From Gammaproteobacteria bacterium (GTDB taxonomy: Bacteria > Pseudomonadota > Gammaproteobacteria > Pseudomonadales > Azotimanducaceae): DNA of 64,000 nt. The notes beneath the pieces are model-generated. The model searched no databases. It was not told where the DNA came from and saw nothing but the letters and a program-made list of their open reading frames with translations. A program made the position numbers and the translations under genes. The stretch is taken from the NCBI GenBank assembly GCA_048571035.1, contig CP121329.1:2978455-3042454 (forward strand). The letters are read 5' to 3'. Each line of letters begins with the position of its first letter. Within the stretch, counting starts at the first letter, position 1. This document shows, piece by piece, positions 59,677-64,000 of this stretch.

Positions 59677-60765
59677 TCACGACTCCTTGGCAGGTGACGC
59701 CACCGTTTGTTGAAAAGGCAGGTAAATCGAGAAGCAAGTCTGCCCCGGGCGCGAATTCACCTGGATCGAACCATGATGTTGAGAAATTATGTTCTGTGTG
59801 ATGGCCAGTCCCAGACCCGAACCGTCGGGTCGGCCGCTGATCATGGGGAAAAAAATTCGCTCTTCGAGATCCTTGTCAATGCCAGGTCCGTTGTCGGCTA
59901 TATCCAGCTGCATGACCATGCGGTGTCTGCAGGCGCCAATGGTGAACTGTCTGACAACTCGTGAGCGCAACAGAATTTGCGGTTCGTCTGTATTTTGCAG
60001 TGCCTGTGATGCATTGCGCAGGATGTTAAGGATTGCCTGAATGATCTGCGGCTCATCGGCTTCAACGTCCGGCAGACTTGGATCGTAGTCCCGTATCCAT
60101 GTGATGGTGTTGGGTCGTTCCACTTCAATCAACTGGATGACGTGCTCAAAGACTTTCAGAATGTTCACCGGGGTGATGGTGAGTTCACGCTGCGGGCCCA
60201 GCATCCGGTCCACGAGTTCTTTAAGACGATCAGCTTCACTGATGATGACGCTGGTATATTCTTTTAAATCTTCCTCCGGCAGTTCGCGCTCAAGCAGCTG
60301 GGCCGCGCCGCGAATGCCACCAAGTGGATTTTTTACCTCGTGAGCCAGCCCGCGTATCAGTTGCCGAGCAGTTTCCTGGCGGGCCACAGAAGCGCCATCT
60401 TTATTGATGCGTTTCAGGCGGGCAAGGGCTTGTAGTTCCAGTACCAGTGAGCGCGGACCATCAGGGGGGCGATTCAGTATTGAGACGGTGAAATCAACAT
60501 CCTCGGTGACGTTGTCAGGCAATCGCAGGGTGGCTTCCCGCTCAGTGTAGGGTTGGCCCTCTTCCAGCGCATTCTGCAGCGAGGGGATAATCTCGTCAGC
60601 GCGCATGATCAGCTGATGTAGCGGCAGACCTATCGCGTGTGCCGCTGATGTATGCAGCAGGTTCTCTGCTGCGGAATTCACATTTTCAATGCGCAGGTTT
60701 TCGTCAATGACCAGTACCGCGGTCATCATGTTGTCGAGTATTTGTTTATAAGTATCCATCGACAT
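59677..60765 (-). CDS. ntrB: Nitrogen regulation histidine kinase NtrB
   Basis: PAS domain, GLAHEVKNPLGGIRGAAQLL, DNGPG, FFPMISGR, GSGLGL; start placed at MSMDTY. Confidence 0.95.
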   Translation of the reverse strand: MSMDTYKQILDNMMTAVLVIDENLRIENVNSAAENLLHTSAAHAIGLPLHQLIMRADEIIPSLQNALEEGQPYTEREATLRLPDNVTEDVDFTVSILNRPPDGPRSLVLELQALARLKRINKDGASVARQETARQLIRGLAHEVKNPLGGIRGAAQLLERELPEEDLKEYTSVIISEADRLKELVDRMLGPQRELTITPVNILKVFEHVIQLIEVERPNTITWIRDYDPSLPDVEADEPQIIQAILNILRNASQALQNTDEPQILLRSRVVRQFTIGACRHRMVMQLDIADNGPGIDKDLEERIFFPMISGRPDGSGLGLAITQNIISQHHGSIQVNSRPGQTCFSIYLPFQQTVASPAKES

Positions 60766-60977
60766 AACAGCTTGCCCCCAATCAGGCACTCCCCAACCCA
60801 TTACTCTCCAATCCAATCCATTGCGTACCAATCCATAGACTAAGCAACATTCGGGCCGCTTTTTTGTAATTGAGTTAGTAAATACCTACTTCGCCTTAAA
60901 GCTATATAAAATAAGCTTTTTAGGGCTTAATTTCAGAGTGCTTGCGAGGCAGACACACAAAATTGCGAGCGCCCATT

Positions 60978-60994
60978 CGCACCAAAATAGGGCA
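60978..60994. promoter_or_regulatory. NtrC-binding site upstream of ntrB
   Basis: CGCACCA-AAA-TAGGGCA vs consensus TGCACCA-N3-TGGTGCA. Confidence 0.65.
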
Positions 60995-61041
60995 TGCACT
61001 GTTTTGGGTCAATAGGGAAGGGCGATTGGGGAGGGGGAGGT

Positions 61042-61668
61042 TTATCCCTTGGGCTGTTTACGCGGAGGAGCGTTGAGTATCGAGTAGCGTTGCAGGTGCA
61101 CGACAACGGCGCTGGAACTGGCCAACACGCTGTTGTTTGCGTCGATAACCTGGGCGACCAATGAGTGGGTGCCGCGATCGATGTTCTGCAATAATACTGT
61201 TGCACTTGAAGCTTCTCCGGCAACCTGCCCATCTACCAGCACCTGCACACGATGCCCGGAGGACGTATCGAGTGCCGGGTCCATGGTTACGCTTACGGAT
61301 ATATTGCCGGTGTTTTCCCTCAGTGCTTCGTCATGCACCGGTGAGGTGATCGCAACCTTACTGTAACCAGCCACTGGGGCGTCCTCAGCGTTTTCGTCTG
61401 CTTCATCTGCTGCGACCGGTGCTGTGTTCGCAGGCGTTGGGGTCTCCGGGCGATATGTGTTTCCCTGGTTGAGCTCCAATGACTTGGCGTCATCCTTTGG
61501 GGGCACATCGGTGAATACCACGTTGCCTTCAGCGTCAGTTGTTTTGTAGATAGCACTCTGTGCACTGGATGCCCAGGTGAGGCTGGCGGCTGTGACCAGA
61601 AGTAAGGCCAATAGCAGGTACCTGTTGGGATTCAATATGGATGCGTACATGGTGTCAGTCTGCCTCAT
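61042..61668 (-). CDS. DUF4124 domain protein
   Basis: Signal peptide, IYKTTDAEGNVVFTDVP, IDRGTHSL; usual gene between glnA and ntrB. Confidence 0.88.
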   Translation of the reverse strand: MRQTDTMYASILNPNRYLLLALLLVTAASLTWASSAQSAIYKTTDAEGNVVFTDVPPKDDAKSLELNQGNTYRPETPTPANTAPVAADEADENAEDAPVAGYSKVAITSPVHDEALRENTGNISVSVTMDPALDTSSGHRVQVLVDGQVAGEASSATVLLQNIDRGTHSLVAQVIDANNSVLASSSAVVVHLQRYSILNAPPRKQPKG

Positions 61669-61706
61669 AAGAGCGTTCCAGTTACGTTATTGGACCACAA
61701 ATATGT

Positions 61707-61736
61707 AAAAAAAAGCCCTGCTATTAGCAGGGCTTT
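61707..61736 (-). terminator. Rho-independent terminator after the glutamine synthetase gene
   Basis: AAAGCCCTGCT-ATT-AGCAGGGCTTT hairpin with a T8 run on the minus strand. Confidence 0.88.
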
Positions 61737-61764
61737 GTAACCGAACCGTAAAATGTCTCCAGAC

Positions 61765-62778
61765 TTAGCTGGCGAGACCTTCTTTGGTGGTTTTGACGAT
61801 CGCAGCCGCCACCTTGTAGGGATCAGCATTGGATGCGGTTCGACGATCCTCCAGTCGACCCACCCAACCATCGGTCATGGTGGTGATAGGAATCCGGATA
61901 GAAGCGCCGCGGTCAGATACCCCGTAACTGAACATATCGATGGACTGAGTTTCGTGCTTACCGGTCAGGCGTTGATCATTAGCCTCACCATAAACACTGA
62001 TATGACGTTCGATATTGCGTCCAAAAGCTTCACAAATCTTGGTGAATGTTTCTTCTTTTCCAGATTCGCGCATAGCACTGTTGGAGAAGTTGGCGTGCAT
62101 ACCGCTACCATTCCAGTCAGTGTCGCCCAGCGGTTTGGGGTGCCAGTTGATGGAATAACCGTAACGTTCACCGGTACGCTCCAGGAGGTATCGGGCTATC
62201 CAGGTTTCATCACCCGCGCGCTTGGCGCTTTTTGCAAACACCTGAAATTCCCACTGTCCCGCGGCAACTTCAGCATTGATGCCTTCCAGATTAAGGCCCG
62301 CTTCAAGGCATAGATCCATGTGGTCTTCGACGCAATCGCGACCGTAGGCATTTTTTGCACCGACTGAACAGTAGTAGGGGCCTTGTGGTGGTGGATAGCC
62401 GTTATGTGGGAAACCTGGAGGCAGGTTGGTGTCCTCATCCCACAGGAAGTATTCCTGCTCGAAACCGAACCAGAAATCGTCATCGTCATCGTCGATGGTT
62501 GCGCGACCGTTGGACGGATGCGGCGTGCCATCTGCGTTCAATACTTCACACATGACCAGGTAGGCACTCTTGCGGTCCGGATCAGGGCAGATGAAGACGG
62601 GCTTCAACAGGCAATCTGAATCGCCACCTTCGGCCTGCTGTGTTGAACTGCCATCGAAGGACCACTCCGGGCACTCTTCAAGGGTGCCGCCGAAGTCTTT
62701 ACGAACCTGGGTTTTGCTGCGCAGGCTTTGGGTTGGGCTATAGCCGTCGAGCCATATGTATTCTAATTTTGATTTCAT
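61765..62778 (-). CDS. glnII: Glutamine synthetase type II (337 aa)
   Basis: LEYIWLDG, LRSKT, WSFDGSST, FGFEQEY, QGPYYC, NAEVAAGQWEFQ, WNGSGMHANFS, RLTGKHET, DRGASIRIP, EDRR. Confidence 0.93.
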   Translation of the reverse strand: MKSKLEYIWLDGYSPTQSLRSKTQVRKDFGGTLEECPEWSFDGSSTQQAEGGDSDCLLKPVFICPDPDRKSAYLVMCEVLNADGTPHPSNGRATIDDDDDDFWFGFEQEYFLWDEDTNLPPGFPHNGYPPPQGPYYCSVGAKNAYGRDCVEDHMDLCLEAGLNLEGINAEVAAGQWEFQVFAKSAKRAGDETWIARYLLERTGERYGYSINWHPKPLGDTDWNGSGMHANFSNSAMRESGKEETFTKICEAFGRNIERHISVYGEANDQRLTGKHETQSIDMFSYGVSDRGASIRIPITTMTDGWVGRLEDRRTASNADPYKVAAAIVKTTKEGLAS

Positions 62779-62866
62779 TGTGTTGTGTGTCTCCTTCTCT
62801 ACTCGAAGATAAAAAGTTCGCAGCTCATGCGTTGAACCGTGTGCATTATGGTGCGCGTTGTGAAGA

Positions 62867-62881
62867 GCAAGAAGTGTGCCA
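62867..62881 (-). promoter_or_regulatory. sigma54 (-24/-12) promoter for the glutamine synthetase gene
   Basis: TGGCAC-ACTTC-TTGC on the minus strand, about 90 nt upstream of the ATG. Confidence 0.88.
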
Positions 62882-62930
62882 CGGAGATGCGGCCAATATA
62901 AGGGGCTTTAAGGGCGTTTGTTCGTAAAAA

Positions 62931-62947
62931 CGCACCAACTTGAGGCA
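62931..62947. promoter_or_regulatory. NtrC enhancer site
   Basis: CGCACCA-ACT-TGAGGCA upstream of the sigma54 promoter; a further half-perfect site at 63035-63051. Confidence 0.65.
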
Positions 62948-63183
62948 TTTTCTGTCGATACGCCCTGTTTTGGCGCTAAAGGGGGTGGTTTAGGACCCGG
63001 GCGCGGTATGGGTTGTACTGATCATGCACCCTGATGACAATAAATGGTGCAGACTTAAGTCTCCCTGGTTTTATCGCCGCTGAAATTCTCTTCAAGATTG
63101 GCGCGACAGCTCGACATTGTTCCGCCATAATCGCCGCCGTTTTTATCCCCCCACCGCAAACCTTAAAGAGGCCACGTAGTCCA

Positions 63184-64000
63184 GTGTCTAACCCTAACGT
63201 AAGAAACGTTGCGATCATCGCCCACGTAGATCACGGTAAAACCACCCTTGTCGACAAACTGCTGCAACAGACAGGTCTATTGGCAGCTCATGGTGCGGAA
63301 CGTGTCATGGACAGTAATGACCTCGAAAAAGAGCGCGGCATTACGATTCTGTCAAAAAATACATCGATCGATTACAACGGCACGCGTATCAATATTGTCG
63401 ACACACCCGGACACGCCGACTTTGGCGGCGAGGTTGAGCGCATTCTCTCTATGGTTGATGCGGTCATACTCCTGGTGGATGCAGTGGACGGCCCAATGCC
63501 ACAGACACGATTTGTAACTCAGAAAGCCTTTGGTTTCGGGCTCAAGCCCATTGTTGTGGTGAATAAAATTGACCGGCCGGGCGCTGAACCCTATCGCGTG
63601 ATGGATGAAGTGTTTGACCTCTTTGATAGCCTGGGTGGTACTGAAGAGCAGCTGGATTTCAGTGTCATCTACGCTTCCGCACTGCAGGGTGTCGCCGGTA
63701 CCGAGCTCGATCAGATGTCCACGGACATGGCGCCACTACTGGATCTGATCGTTTCTGAAGTGCCACCCCCGGATGTAGACAGTGAAGGCGGCCTGCAAAT
63801 GCAGATTACCTCATTGGGTTACTCCACTTACGAAGGTGTCATGGGTGTTGGCCGGGTCACACGCGGTTCTTTGCGACGCAATCATCCGGTTATGGTGGTT
63901 GATCGAGAGGGTAATCAACGCAAAGGAAAAATTATGACCGTTTATGGCTACAGTGGCCTGGAACGGGTGGAGCAGGAAACGGCTGTGGCCGGGGACATCG
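63184..64000 (+). CDS. typA: Translational GTPase TypA/BipA (5' part, runs off the window)
   Basis: GTG start, [39 protein letters not shown]. Confidence 0.96.
   Translation, partial: MSNPNVRNVAIIAHVDHGKTTLVDKLLQQTGLLAAHGAERVMDSNDLEKERGITILSKNTSIDYNGTRINIVDTPGHADFGGEVERILSMVDAVILLVDAVDGPMPQTRFVTQKAFGFGLKPIVVVNKIDRPGAEPYRVMDEVFDLFDSLGGTEEQLDFSVIYASALQGVAGTELDQMSTDMAPLLDLIVSEVPPPDVDSEGGLQMQITSLGYSTYEGVMGVGRVTRGSLRRNHPVMVVDREGNQRKGKIMTVYGYSGLERVEQETAVAGDI

Overview
Chromosomal window from a gammaproteobacterium (gene content suggests a marine Pseudomonadales/Cellvibrionales-like lineage; inference). It has two halves. About 1-34.7 kb is accessory: an EncFtn-type ferritin, a styrene-oxide-isomerase-like/GST/SDR/TesB cluster, a glycoside-hydrolase-like/LPS-kinase fusion, a frameshifted TonB receptor, an ArsR-coupled ATP-grasp ligase and many small genes. 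It ends in a ~7.5 kb integrase-less island bounded by duplicated tRNA-Phe 3' ends (27185-27224, 34659-34683, 34739-34778). In that island almost every gene junction carries a two-hairpin palindromic element, so it looks like an orientation-independent gene-cassette array with sites that are not attC; this is the best candidate for an undescribed system. About 34.9-64 kb is core: yggX-mutY-asmA, hisB-hisA without hisH/hisF, yibQ-ctpA-(VCBS insert)-envC-gpmI, yibN-secB, trmL, a reduced MSHA pilus cluster, ntrC-ntrB, a type II glutamine synthetase in the usual glnA position under a sigma54 promoter, and the 5' part of typA. Family calls are by eye from motifs; no searches were run.
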